64,000 bases of DNA, taken from NCBI GenBank assembly GCA_029953675.1, contig JAMWBK010000005.1, forward strand, positions 3,123,198 through 3,187,197, read 5' to 3'. Of this stretch, positions 11,031 through 23,249 are shown piece by piece. The stretch is from Rhodosorus marinus CCMP1338 (Eukaryota; Plantae; Rhodophyta). The position numbers and the translations under genes were made by a program. How positions within the stretch are numbered: position 1 is the stretch's first letter; each line of letters opens with the position of its first letter. Under the pieces are notes generated by a model. The model did no database searches. It saw nothing but the letters and a program-made list of their open reading frames with translations, and was not told the origin of the DNA.

Positions 11031-13110
11031 AATGTACGAGATCGGGTTTCCGTCCAGGTATGCGACAGTGCCGGTTACGGATTTTCGGTCCTTTGGTGAT
11101 GACCATGACGCGTCTACGTAAAGTGTGATCTCCTCCTGTTCTTGACAAGGAGAGAAGACTAGTGATGCGTTGATTGTGCCTCGCAAGTACCTTAATATTC
11201 GCCTTCCAGCTGACCAGTAGTCGTCGTTGAAGCGTAGCGCCTTTTGTGGCTAGTAGCGTAACTGGCGTGATGTCGGCTCTGGTTCTTGTAGAAATGTACA
11301 GTAGAGCCCCGATGAGTTCTCGGTGAGGGAACTCTTCTTGCCTTCCGGACTTGTCCGTTGGTATATAGTCCCTTGTCATCGGCGTTGGTACTGGTTTGCT
11401 CTCGCTCATTCTAAAGTCTTCAGTATTTTCTCGATGTACTTCTTCCGCCCCAAGGAGATGGATGATGTTTGGGGTCTCTCGCGATTTCGATGCCAAAGTA
11501 TTCTCTCGCTGCGTTGAGGTCTTTCAGATCGTACATTGTGTGTAGCTGCTCCTTAACTTCTGCCACCCGTTGTTTGCTTCCGATGATTAAGAAGTCATCG
11601 ACGTATACCACTACGACTAGGTAGACACGTTCCTTTACGAAAACGCACGGGTATGTAGTTGTTGCTTTAAAGCCATGACCTTGTAGGCCTTTCCTTAGCT
11701 TCTCGTACCATACTTTCAGGTACAGCTTTAAACTATAGAGTTTAGCCTGCAGACCCAACCATTGTCTTATGTGCCCAGGGGGTATCTCCTCATCGAGTTC
11801 GCCATTAAGGTAGGCCGTCGATACGTCAATTTGTTGCACGTCGTAGTTACGTTGGGCTGCCACTGAGAGCATTACTCTGATGCTGTTGAAACTGACCTTC
11901 GGGAAGTACACTTCTGTAAAGTCTTGCTGCTGGAAACCGCTTGCGACTAGCCGTGCTTTGAATTTCAGAGGCTCCCCGCTCCCGTTCCGTTTCAGTTTGA
12001 AAACGAATTTGTTGCTTGACTCTTGCTTATCCTTTGGTCTGTCCACCAGCGACCAGGTCTGATTCTTGCTCAGACTTTCGAGCTCGTCCGCGATTGCTTC
12101 CTCCAAATACTTCTCGTGGGGTCCATCCCGCGCGAAGTATTGCCAGCAAGGGCTTCCTCGATGGTTTGAGGGTCCTTGATTATTCTCAAGCTGTTCAATG
12201 TGGGTTTGGATGTCGTGCTTGATCTTATCTGTCGCGGTAAATTTGTGACTTCTCTTCTTTCGTTGTTTGTTCGTTATTCTCACGATCTTCGAGGCTGTTG
12301 TCAGGTTTCACATCCTCGATGTGAGGTCTAAGGTGGGTTTTACGAACTGGTGTTTCTAGTTCATCTTCGCAGCTCGATTGGTCCGGATTCTGACTGATGT
12401 AGTCTTTCGCTTTGGCGTAGTCGATGGCTTCTTGGATGTCCGGTGTAAGTGCGGCTTGGGGATCCTTCAGAGGGAAGGTTTCCTCCTGTACTACTATGTG
12501 TTTTGTCTATCTTTTGCGACCATCTCCGAGTTGGATCAGTCAGGTGCCTGCCGCTTCGCTCACAACGGAGTATAATCCCACGCATCGTTGGCGAGTTTGT
12601 CACGTCGCATATAACCATCTTCCTTTGGTTCTGCGCGATCGCTAGGCAGGGGAAAGAATACATGTTGCGGAAGTACTCTTTCGTGCAGGTAACCATTTCC
12701 CAAGGGCTTTTGTTGTTCCCTCGCCTTGGTCTTCCGTTTAGGATCCTTTCGATGATTTGGAGGATCTCTGTATAGGAGTTCTTCCCTATGCCCGATTGGT
12801 ACAGGAATACCCTAATGAGCATCAGGATACTCCGGCTGGTTCGCTCCGAGATCCCGTTTGCTTCCGCGCTGTACGGGGGCGTTGTGTCTAGGGTGATCCC
12901 TAGCTTTTCGAATTTTTCTTGCATCCCTAGGGGTATTCATTCGCCTCCCCCCCGTCTGAGCGGACGGTTATTATCCTCTGACCCGATAAGCACTCGAAAT
13001 ACACACATATTCATCGAATACCTGGGAGGCGTCGGTTTTTTTCTGTATCGGATATATTTTTGGAAATCTCGGTACCTCGACTGTGAAGGTGACCTAATAT
13101 TCTGCTCCTT
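11030..13110 (-). mobile_element. Second Copia element (Copia-2) fragment: integrase-RT-RNase H, decayed
   Basis: TPPYSAEANGISER, FKARLVA.G, DVSTAYLNG, VYVDDFL and YVDASW..RKSVTG motifs across broken ORFs. Confidence 0.88.
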
Positions 13111-13175
13111 TTGATACGAACGAATGGTTTTTTTCCCCTCGAGGCTGAAAAAAAAACCCCGAGGGGAAAAAAAGA

Positions 13176-16100
13176 CTAAGCGCGGCGAAGTACTCGCGCC
13201 TCCAACATCAAAGCGGCATTCATGCGCCACAGCAGGAAACTTAAGCGGGTAAACAACGATTGAAGACGGTCAGGGCGTTCGCGGAACAACTCCCGAAGCC
13301 AGCGAGAACCAACAGAGTCCATGAACCCAAAGCACTCAATGATCAGGGGTACCAAGCGATGTGCTAGTGCCGAAGCACGAACACCAGGGGAAGACAAAGC
13401 CCCCGCGTATTTGATCTCTTTGCGGCGTCTCATGCTGGCGGCGGCAGATCCACGGCGCTCCCCCGCAGCCGGGAGATAACGACTAGCTTGAGGGTTAGGA
13501 ACAGCAAGATCAACGTATGTGGTACGGCGGCTGTCGTCACAGGTGATCACCAGGTCGGCTACACGGCGTTCATCATTTTGAAAGTCCGCGACGGGTAAAG
13601 GTTTCTCACGTTCGATTTCCAGACCGGCTTGCCGGACTATAGGCCGAAGTTCCCGGTATAACAGGTTCAAGATCCGTGTGTGGCGGCGGGTTCGAGCACC
13701 TTTCACCGCCGGGCAACTAGCGAGCAGGTGGGCGCCAAAATCTGCGTTGTCTTCAGTCTGAGAGCAGAGAGGGCACGACGAACCCATCTCGTACGGCCAA
13801 GGGGGCTGATGTAAGCCGAGGTATAAGCGCAGTGAAGTACGCACTTCGAAATCCGACAGTGTGAGTGGCGGAAAGGCTGGTACGGTCATGAGCCACTGAG
13901 AGCTAAGAACCCCTCCAAGACTACGTAGGCGGGCGCGAGCGCGAGAAGATGAGACCATCTGCGCGAGGAGTCGGCCATATGCAGCACGGTGCAAGTCCCA
14001 AGAAAGGATATTTTGCAGCGCATCCGTGCGTGCTTGAGCTCGGCTCCCAGCGCGCTGGGAATCATCAGGAGGATCAACTGGAACTTCTTCTTCTGCGGCA
14101 ACCACTGGGTCAATCTCCCCTAGAACAGGTTCAGGCGCAGGACGAATCCCCGGGGCGGAGCCTCGAGAGCGGTCAAATACAGCTCGCCAGTCAGGAAGAC
14201 GGGGTTGAACGGTTTCGGGGAGACTAGTACAGGAATTCAGGGCGGTTTGGAGCTCCAGAAACAAGTCTTGGGCGCTTTCCGGTACGCTGGGAAGCAAGAC
14301 ACCCCGCGAGAGGCTCGCCATCAAATTGCGGAACTTCGAGATACCCAAGCTGCTCAAAGTGGGAAGTGCGGTTCCCCAGGCCCCTACTGCGGCTGCAGGT
14401 TGGACCACAACACGATTGCAGAGGCCCAGTCCCCCAATCGCAATGGGAGGCCTACCTGGGGGCGCACAACATCACAGGTGGGTCGCGGCAGAGCGCTCAG
14501 CTCTTCATCGAGAAAATACCCCAGGTCACGGAAACTTTCAGCATCCGCACGAGTGGCCAACCGCCGGCCCCAATGAGTTGGAAGTGAGCGAAGCCAATAG
14601 GTTAACCGCTGACTGCAACAATACCGAAACAGCAACAACGAGCACTGGAGAAAGCCCGGAGGTAGCCGTCGAAGCTCTGCAACCAGCTGTCTGTGCTTAC
14701 CGAGGAGCTGCAGCAACTCGCCTTCAACGAAGGACGGCGACCCGTAGGGGATGCCTAAGTGGACAAAACCATCCGGTCTCCAAATATCCTGGAACGACGC
14801 AGGTACCTGCTGCTCTTGTGCAGCTACACCTCCCCAGTAGAACGATTTGTGATGATTAACCTCCAGGTCAACCCGCGAAGCCAAGGAGCGGAGACGATCA
14901 TAAGCGAGTGCTAGAGTATCAGGGGGCCCCAGGAGGCACACGTCGTCGTGGTATGCAACCGTACGAACCTGCGGGAATTCGGAGCGAAGACAAAGCAAGA
15001 CGAGTTGTAGTCCACAGGCATGTAGGAAAGGGGACCAGGGATCACCCTGTTGTACCCCTGTGCGCGCCGCAAACGTGTGTGAGGAAGCGCCAAGGGTGTC
15101 ATAGGTAGCCCCACGACCAAGCGGAGAATAAAGTCTACTAACAAAGGGAAAGCCTACGGGGAAGACTTCGCGCACCACGTGCATGAGAGCCGGACGAGAG
15201 ACGCGGTTGAACGCATTGGTAAAATCTACAGAGAGGAGCCCAGAATCTGGGGAGTACGCCATTTCCGAACGGATTAAAACAGACAACAACTCACAGCCAC
15301 CACGATAGCCCACGCCTAACTGCACGTGCCCAAAGAAACGGCGGGATTCGGGAACCAGGATTTTCACTAACCATCGCGCCGCCAATTTGCGGACCACCTC
15401 AACCAGGCCAATAGGGCGAATAGCAGGGCTCGAGGCCGTGTGGCCGGGCTTCGAAAGCAGACACAACTGCGAACGCCCGACCAAGAACCACGCACACTCA
15501 CACAGGGGATCACCATTCACAAGCGCTTCGACCACCCACGCCAACGCCTCAAACCTTCATCACTTAAGAAACGGAGATATTCCACCCGCAGCCCCGAGGG
15601 CCCTGGGGAACGGCCCTTCGGAGCATCATGAACCAACTCACGCACCGCCTCCAGATTGACCACTAACCGCGCACTGGGATGTGGCGCGGCGCGGTACTCT
15701 TCCAACACTGATTCAAACGAGGAGTCCCAAGGGGAGCCTTCCGAGGGAAAGAGCAAACGGAGCGGTGAAGAAAGATCATCGGAGTATGGAACCACAGGTT
15801 GCCGCTGCTGCAGGATCCCGGCTGCCCGCCGCAGATCACCGCCTGCCACCGCGTGACGCGCCCGATTCTGTCGAGAAGACCTAAAAGCTGAGGAAGCACT
15901 AGGAGAAAAGGAAGAGAGAGAAGCGAAATAAAGACGTTCGAGGTCCTCAAAGTCGCCGGAAAGGAACATTTGCAGTTTTCGGCGAGGGTGGACCCGGCGA
16001 GGATGTGGGTTGAGGGGGACGGTAGAGGATGTGAGCACGAGGCGGGGAAAAAAAAAGAACAAGAGTTCCCAGCGAAGAGAGCAGTGAGGGTTCGCGGCGA

Positions 16101-16320
16101 CCTGCTGCCAGAGAAAATCCAACACCAATCCTAGGGGCTTATGAAGTCGACGAGGGAGCCGTACGGCCGTGCTCTGACGACAAAGGGGAAGGGAACCGTC
16201 CGGGTAGGAGGCGACAAGGTGCGAAAACCACGAGAGAACACGCTCATGCCAGGCTGAGCGGTCACTGGTAAACAGGGGTAACCGGGACGACACGCACGCG
16301 GAGGAGGAAGACTCAGACAT
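13176..16320 (-). pseudogene. CRE-B copy 1 ORF2 (RT plus REL), two frameshifts (~15551 and 14431-14435)
   Basis: RPIGLVEV.RK, VDFTNAFN, GVQQGDP, YHDD, CPLC..HLLASC, RHTR, ADL..D and LIIECFG motifs. Confidence 0.9.
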
Positions 16321-17725
16321 CGGGCCTCCCCTCAGTCGGGAAGGCAGATCGAATATCCGGAGGAGGTGCCTCGGAGGGAGGCTCAGGAGCCGCACGACGC
16401 TTACGTGGAGGGCGCACGAAGGAACTAAAAGACCTGAAGAAAGTAGACACAGGGTTTTCAGCAGCGGAGTCTTGACTGAGGGTGTCCAGAGCCAGCGGAT
16501 TCGGAGAGGCCGATGGTGCTTCTGCCATGTCGGTGTCACGAGCCTCGGAGACAGGGCGAGGGGAGGAAGGGTGCTCAAGAGTCGGCGGCAGAAGGTCAAA
16601 CGCAGGGTGGGCTTCCAGCAGGGTGGCCTCAGTGGAGAGGAAGGCCTCTAGCGCGGTGCGGAGGACCCCGCGAGGAGGAAAACGCGCGAAGAGGCTCGCC
16701 TGTATGCGCGAGAGCCGCGCCGCATGAGTGTGTAGCGCGACAACCGAAGCCTGCGAGGCATCCAGGTTTTGCAAGGCCGACGGAGGAACCCAGCCGGCGT
16801 CAAAACGATCGAACTCGACAAACAAAGAGACATGAGGACGAGTCAGTATCATGTTGGCCAGAGCAGAGCGCTGGGGCGCGGGGGTGGTTACAAGCGATTG
16901 AAGGAACTGGTAAGCCGAGTCAGTAACAAGAAAACAGGCATGAGGGCCCGTGAAGTCCACATATAGGAATTCAGACGGGGCGACCCCAAGGGAGGAAGCC
17001 ATGGTGTCGCGAAAATCGCGGTAGTGGACGGGCGCGCGGCCCCGACCACGAGAGGGGGTCTGGGGACGCACGTTCGTCATCCAAACAAAGTGGAACGGAG
17101 ATAGTTGGCGAGAAGAGTCAATAGGGATGTGTTGTGGCATCACACGCACCATTGCCGTCGTGCGTTGTTCAGAAGAGCCCCTGCGTAGGACCTGCGAATA
17201 GGTCGCACGTGGGGCACTGGAGGGAGCAGGATTCGGGCCCGACGCGGGCCCAGGAGGCGTCTGTCCTTGAATAGGGGTAGGCCAGTCGGAATCAGGAATG
17301 ACCGGAGCGGAGCGCTCGGGTCGGGTGGAGGCAGGCCCCGCTGTACCGTGCGGATCCGCGGGGACGGGCACCGGGGGGTATGGGGCAGGCGCGGAGGCGG
17401 AGAAGCGCTCCAAATAGGCGATCAGCAGGGGCAGGCGGTGTTCCTGGGAAGCAGTCACAAGAAGACTCGTCAGTTTCGAGCAGATCCCATGGGCTAACTC
17501 GTCAGCGCAGTCCGTGAGGGTGGCCGCGGTACTAAACCCGCCCACGCAGAGCTCCACGCGCGCTGAGAGAACGGCTCCGTCCGCCGGAATGGGTGGGGAA
17601 ACCCCAACCATAACGATTGGAAGGTGTGAAAAACCGATTCCCCCACGAAACCCCCAAAAAGAGAACTTGTTCCCAACGTTTGCAACCAAAGAAAAACCAC
17701 CACGACCTCCAAGGGGCGCTAGCAA
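16313..17725 (-). CDS. CRE-B copy 1 ORF1 (true start uncertain)
   Basis: 470-codon ORF identical in translation to 30148-31560; overlaps ORF2 via ATGTCTGA. Confidence 0.8.
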   Translation of the reverse strand: MLAPLGGRGGFSLVANVGNKFSFWGFRGGIGFSHLPIVMVGVSPPIPADGAVLSARVELCVGGFSTAATLTDCADELAHGICSKLTSLLVTASQEHRLPLLIAYLERFSASAPAPYPPVPVPADPHGTAGPASTRPERSAPVIPDSDWPTPIQGQTPPGPASGPNPAPSSAPRATYSQVLRRGSSEQRTTAMVRVMPQHIPIDSSRQLSPFHFVWMTNVRPQTPSRGRGRAPVHYRDFRDTMASSLGVAPSEFLYVDFTGPHACFLVTDSAYQFLQSLVTTPAPQRSALANMILTRPHVSLFVEFDRFDAGWVPPSALQNLDASQASVVALHTHAARLSRIQASLFARFPPRGVLRTALEAFLSTEATLLEAHPAFDLLPPTLEHPSSPRPVSEARDTDMAEAPSASPNPLALDTLSQDSAAENPVSTFFRSFSSFVRPPRKRRAAPEPPSEAPPPDIRSAFPTEGRPDV

Positions 17726-17859
17726 CCCCCAGCACGCACCACACCACTAGAAGATGCGGGGGAAAGGCTGCAGAAAGAAGCGCCTCCCACCGAAGAACAC
17801 AATTGCGACTCAAAACCACCAAAAGCCAGCACCATACACCCTCACGAAACCAAAAACTG

Positions 17860-18150
17860 CTTCTTTGGGCGGGAAACGTTGTCAGCTTTGCGCATGCAGC
17901 CATTGCGCCTCTTTTTTTTGTAGAATTTACAACCCTTGTCGAAGTTGACGTTGTATGTAACCTTTCTTCATGATCGCAGGCACAGAGAAGTAGTTTCCCT
18001 CGATGGCAGGTGGGTATAAAACGTCCTCGATCGTTATTAGTTGTCGCCTATTGCCGACTGCCGTTGCGATGACCACTGTTCCTCTTTGATTTCCGCTGAT
18101 CGTTCGTTGGTCTGCGAGAGTTACAGTATTGATCTTGGTGGTTCTACTAA
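17860..18150 (-). pseudogene. Copia protease remnant, probably the upstream part of Copia-2 split by CRE-B
   Basis: Minus strand reads VTLADQRTISGNQRGTV...IEDVLYPPAIEGNYFSVPAIMKKGY, typical of the Copia protease C-terminal region. Confidence 0.6.
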
Positions 18151-18164
18151 CATAGATGCGCTAC

Positions 18165-18840
18165 GCAAGACGAAAAGGAAGCTAGGGACTAGGGAGAAGA
18201 GCGTGTAAGCCTAGGCGGCGGTGGAGCGCCTCGGCGAGCATGTTGCTAGAGTACCGCCAGAGAGCGACACTTAAACGGCTTAGGAGCACCAGAGATTCTT
18301 CAGGATGTTCGGTAAAACATTTACGCAGCCATTCCAAGCTTGAATTTTCCAGATGCAGAAAGTTTTCAAAATATTGATCTTGGATTCGTTGATTGTCGCG
18401 AACAGACTTCGTTCGCCGGACATCATCATCAGGTTTATTCAGAGCGGGTCGCACGCCCGTTCACTACCGTAATTTCTTCTTCACGTTTATTAAGAGGCTA
18501 ACTACCCCGAGAAGCGTAGACAAGACACCGATGACGCGCCTCTACAAACAAAGCAACATTTGAGCGCCACAGGGTCAAAGAAAGCTCCGTGAGCAGACTA
18601 TCTAGCGCCCTGGGTCGTTGCGAAAGATACATCGCAGCCAGCGAGAACCTACACTATCTATCAAGCCAAAGCATTCAATAATGAGGGGGACAAACCGGTA
18701 TGTCACCGCCGAATCGCGAAAAGTAGGGTTTGACATCGCAGCCGCGTACTGTGATTTTTCACATGCCGCATGGACCGAGCTGCAGCTCCTCAACGCCGAG
18801 CGGACACAGGCAGGTACCTGGTCGCCTGAGGACAAGGGAA
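18165..18840 (-). mobile_element. Cluster of CRE-D-like and CRE-C 3' fragments
   Basis: LEWLRKCFTEHPE..RLSVALWRYSS (CRE-D end) and YRFVPLIIECFGLIDSVGSRW (CRE-C end). CTGAATAAAC+(TGA)n and CTTAATAAAC termini at ~18421-18510. Confidence 0.8.
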
Positions 18841-18849
18841 CATGTGGGA

Positions 18850-19450
18850 CGTTGCTCCTGAGTCAATGACTATGTCGTTTGGATTTGCACTGAAGCCCAG
18901 TGCAAATAGAGTTTCTTGCAGTAACTGCGTTTACATGTCAGCTCTTCCACGGTGCGGTGTAGTAGAGCAGCATTGGCTCTCAAGGTGCACAGATAGCACA
19001 CGCCTTAATACTTTCAGAGCCTCCGGTTCCTTGTTGCTGTGGAAATTCTTCCTCCGGCACTCCTTTTGGAAGAGTCCATATCGGTTGCGCTTGTGGCATT
19101 TTATCGATGCTCTGCATTGGACCGTCTTCTGGTTGTTCCGAACATATTTCTCGCATTTCAGATTAGGCCCCTTGAACCGCATGTGCATAATCGCGTGCTC
19201 GTTGGGTTTTGATGTTGGCATTGTCCTTCGGCCACCTCCCAGGCGCGCTCTAATGGTTTCCCAGTCAAGTTTCTCCTTGGAGATGTTTTTCAGGCCTTCG
19301 ATGGTTGATCTCAAACGCGTTTATCGTTCAGGATCAGCAGATGTGGCCCAAGCGCTTTTTCTAGAACGTAAAACTGGGCTCAAACCTGTTGGCAAATATG
19401 TGTTTTATGCGTTTTCTCTTATGTCTCTTCTTAGTTTATCTTAGATTCTC
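18850..19450 (-). pseudogene. Decayed retroelement gag with two degenerate CCHC knuckles
   Basis: KCEKYVRNNQKTVQC and KCHKRNRYGLFQKEC follow C-x2-C-x4-H-x4-C spacing with substituted ligands. Confidence 0.55.
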
Positions 19451-19462
19451 CCCCACTAGCAT

Positions 19463-19770
19463 GTCATCAGGTTTATTCAGAGGCTAACTACCCAGAGAAG
19501 CGAGATAAAAGACGCTGATGACGCGCGTCTACAAACAAAGCCGCATTTTAGTCCCACAGGGTCAAAGAAAGCTCCGTGAGCAGACTATCTAGACGCCCTG
19601 GGTCGTTGCGAAAACGTACATCGCAGCCAACGAGAACCTACAATATCTATCAAGCCAAAGCATTCAACAATGAGGCGGACAAACCGGTATGTCACCGCCG
19701 AATCGCGAAAAGTAGGGTTTGACATCGTTCTGCGATTCTTTAACATGCCGCATGGGCCGAGCTGCAGTAT
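19463..19770 (-). mobile_element. CRE-C 3' fragment
   Basis: Reverse complement of the 38100-38370 type sequence, including TAGTTAGCCTCTGAATAAAC. Confidence 0.8.
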
Positions 19771-19859
19771 GTCAATGAGCTTGAGTCATATAAGCATCAA
19801 GCTTGGTTAACCCCAACGCTTCTAAGTCACTTCATGGTCTACACTTGCGTGTCTCGATT

Positions 19860-20051
19860 CAACACGTTAGTTTCCATTCTAGAGCCTGCACGCTCATTTC
19901 ACCATTTACACGTTTCAGGGCCGTGTGATGGGACGCCAACTGTATCAGCAGCATTTTCAACACGTTGGTTTCCATTCTAGAGCCGTACGCTCATTTTAAC
20001 CATCTACGCGTTTCAGGGCCATGTGATGGAACCGCAACTGTATCAGCAGCA
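19860..20051. repeat. Tandem duplication, two ~95-bp units
   Basis: CAACACGTT(A/G)GTTTCCATTCTAGAGCC...AACTGTATCAGCAGCA occurs twice. Confidence 0.75.
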
Positions 20052-20679
20052 ACTATGACAAAGTCTTCATGGTGGTGGGACGTCCTTCGATTGACGTTTG
20101 ACTATTAACAGTAATAGCTGTTCTAATTATAGCATAAAGCGTCTCTAGCACGTAAAATACTACTTCATACAGTTCAACTTTTTGAGTTTGTTGGCGCATT
20201 GCGCCACAACAGTTTATCCAATGAATTACGGTATATACGGTATATATGCGTATTAGCCAATCATTGAATTGCCCACCAATTCTAAGTGCGACCGTAAAAT
20301 TTAAACCATTCATTCAAAAGTACTGGACTATATAGAAAATCAAGCCGTAGGTAACGTGTGTTCGACGTGAAAGTTCTCACAGTGGACTGGCGTCTTACAG
20401 AGCTATAGAGACCCGCGGAGGCGCATACACCGTTCGTTACCTTTTACTCGAGCAACCTCTCTGATCGCAGAATGGCTAGCATATTTATCCCGTTCTGGAA
20501 TGGGGTGGGCAGTAAGCGCCTGGGCGGCCCAATCGCCCGGTTCGCGGAGTTTTAGATTTTACGCAGCGTGGGCCAATGCGAACTACTTGCTCTCCCCATA
20601 TTCCACATCAGTTTATTCAGCGCCGAACTACCCTAAGAAGCGAGAAACCATATTCCCATAGCCGGGCTGGGCAAATTCA

Positions 20680-22056
20680 CTTCCTGCACAAGCCTAGGTG
20701 AAAGGGTGATGGGAAATGAGTATTGGACTGAAATGGCTATGAATGAATTTGTTTATGGTTATAAAGGTAGATCGGACGCATTGTTGAGGAAGGGGGGGGG
20801 AGAGAGGAATGGGATTAGGTTGGTCTGGGGATATTGAGAGGGTAAGGGACTCGTTGTTCAGATACGAGGCAGCTTTTTAATGTTGAAGATAAGGCGATAG
20901 ATTCTGGAGTATAGATGGCGGAGAAAGATGTGAACCTGACCGGGGTTCCGGAGACGATGCTTTGGACGCTTCACAATCGAGCCGATGAGGCGCGGAGAAC
21001 TGATGGGTTCGTAAAGGATGATCTGTGTTTGAGTATCTATGAATCAATAGACTATGACTATGGGAGAAGCTTTGGACGACCGGATTCTTCCCACGGATGG
21101 AGGTCGAGCCTGCTGGATAAGCGGTTAAGCGAATGGATCGACCGAAACGACGGGGGAGTTGTCATAGAACTTGGCGCTGGGCTGGAGACGCAGTTCTACA
21201 GGGTAATGGATGATCGAATTCGCTGGTATGCGGTCGATGTTCAGGAAGCTATGGCCGTGAGAGAAAGGTATATTCCGGCGCACGAAAGGCTTGTAAATAT
21301 AGGGAAAAGCGCGCTGGACTATACCTGGCTCGACGATGTTCCAGAGGGAAAGGACGGCAAGGCATTTGTCAGCATGCAAGGATTGCTGATGTACTTCCGC
21401 GAAGAGGACGTCAGGCAACTAATTCCGACAATCTTGGCCAAGTACCCCAACGCCACTCTAGTTTTCGATGTGATTTCGAGATGGTTTTCTGATATGACTG
21501 TGAAAGGATTGTCAAAAACAAAGCATTACATGTTTCCGCCGATGCCGTGGGGAATATCACGAAAAGAGATCGAACCCTTTATGGCGGAAGTGTTCCCGGG
21601 TGCTCAGATAACCGTTATGCCGTACAAATTCAGGCCCGAGTGGGGGGGCATGTATGGGCTTTTCCAGCTCTTGGGTTCCTTTGGTTTTACTGATGCGCCT
21701 TTAATCCTTGCCCTCTCCAAGGACGGAGATCGATAGAGTGGCTTTGGTCCCCAAGCCGAGCACGATCGGCGTGTACGAGATGATACGATGCTCGCGACCT
21801 AACTCGTCAACATTTTATTTTCCCACACACCGGGAATGTACTCTGCCGAGCGTGGGGAAATCCGAAAAATATTTACCACCTATATTCCTCCGTCCATATC
21901 TGGCTACGAAAACCCGACCAGACGTAGGTAATGCAGCAAGCTTATTAGCTCAGCACTCTGCAAATCTAGACATAATCACTGGCAGCTAAAACGAGTCCCA
22001 CGCAGTAAAGCATACTCAAAACCTAACAGTGTGAAAGATGCTTCAGTCCTTTTGAA
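20680..22056 (+). repeat. Segmental duplication unit 1 (paralogous to ~40077-41484)
   Basis: Similarity extends beyond the methyltransferase CDS on both sides, e.g. GCTTCAG(T/C)CCTTTTGAAGA at the right edge. Confidence 0.75.
20915..21736 (+). CDS. Class I SAM-dependent methyltransferase, LCM/TcmP-like O-methyltransferase family, paralog 1
   Basis: LTGVPETMLWTLHNRA, VIELGAGLETQFYR (motif I), WYAVD..E, SALD..W.D, QGLLMYF and LVFD motifs. Intact, intronless, 273 aa. Confidence 0.9.
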   Translation: MAEKDVNLTGVPETMLWTLHNRADEARRTDGFVKDDLCLSIYESIDYDYGRSFGRPDSSHGWRSSLLDKRLSEWIDRNDGGVVIELGAGLETQFYRVMDDRIRWYAVDVQEAMAVRERYIPAHERLVNIGKSALDYTWLDDVPEGKDGKAFVSMQGLLMYFREEDVRQLIPTILAKYPNATLVFDVISRWFSDMTVKGLSKTKHYMFPPMPWGISRKEIEPFMAEVFPGAQITVMPYKFRPEWGGMYGLFQLLGSFGFTDAPLILALSKDGDR

Positions 22057-22345
22057 GAATGAATGAATACCAATCTCCCCGTCTCCCCCCCTCCACCAAA
22101 AAAACACACCTCTCTCTTGGGGGAAACCCCTGCATCCGTTCTTTGCCTTACATCGTTTCCAGATGGTATTGTTGTCCTGGGAAAGGAGGGCCTGTAGGGA
22201 TTCCGCAATAGCAGCCGGTCGGGGTCACTCCTCGGATTCCCGAATATTACTTCGAAACTTCGCCAGGGCAACCCAGTAACCTTTATTCGGCAACTACCCG
22301 CCGCAGCGCAACCCAAACCCTCTCATGGCGGAGACGAAGTTGGCG

Positions 22346-23140
22346 ATCCGTTTATTCAGAGCCTAACTACCCTGACGAAGTTCGTGAAGAGAAAACTTGA
22401 TACGTAGATGGTGGTGGTTTACTGGTTTTTATTGGGCTTTTTTTTAGCAGAGCCTGAAGCGCTACGCAAGGCGTGGACTGTAACTCAGGAGAGAAACATG
22501 CAAACCCAAGCGCCGATGGCGCGCCGATGGCGCGCCTCGGCAAGAATGCTGCTGGCATATCGCCACAGGGCGACACTGAAACGGCGTAAGCGTTCCAAGT
22601 ATTCCATAGGGTGCTCAGCAAAACATTTCCGCAACCACTCCAAACCCGACCCGACCACGTGGCCAAAGGTTTCCACAACGAAAGGCTGCAACCATGTGAG
22701 AACGACCTCAGCGCAAGGCAGACTGGCCATACTATCAGCATACCGTCGTTCATTCACTCGGCGAAGGGCCGAAGCGGCTGCTCCTCGGCGACGGGCGGCA
22801 GACCTGAGATGATCGCTTGCCACAGGGTATGTGATCGCAAGGTCCACATATGCTGAGCGTCCGGCGGTAGTGTCAGAGACGAGGAGATCTGCGATGCAGC
22901 GAGGCGGTGCCGTGTCCGAGACCGATCTGGGCAGCTCCGATTCCATCTCAACCGAAGGCCCTACCCGAGTCAAACTTTCGCGGAGAATGTACTTGAGGCG
23001 AGTGTGACGCCCCGTACGAAGACCTCTCAACTGTCCGCATGAACCTAAGAAGTGTTAACCACACGCGTCAATCCGAGTCTCACATCCCCGACAGAAAGAC
23101 GGCCGATTAGAGTACAACACGGAGCTTGTGGCTAACCCAC
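22346..23140 (-). mobile_element. CRE-C 3' tail plus CRE-D 3' fragment (REL region)
   Basis: ORF 22485-23030 is homologous to the CRE-D C-terminus (RHTRLKYIL..CIADLLVSD..QPFVVETFG). Confidence 0.85.
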
Positions 23141-23249
23141 GTAGACCCCCCCCTGTTCTCACAAACGTTTCGTTATCTGACGCCGAGGAGTCCACGAGCG
23201 ACGTGTCGGGCTACGCACTTCCTGAGTCTCCCGAAGCTACCACCTCTTT

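Larger units (their letters stand above)
13118..17858 (-). mobile_element. CRE-B non-LTR retrotransposon, full-length copy 1
   Basis: 13141-17858 is the near-identical reverse complement of 30015-34737. It has ORF1, an RT/REL ORF2 and an AAACCATTCGTTC tail. Confidence 0.93.

Noticed and set aside
13100-13117. Candidate TSD for CRE-B copy 1 (AAAGGAGCAG vs AAAGAAGCAG at ~17857-17866, minus strand)
   Set aside because: It has one mismatch and an ambiguous 5' boundary, which is not strong enough to call.
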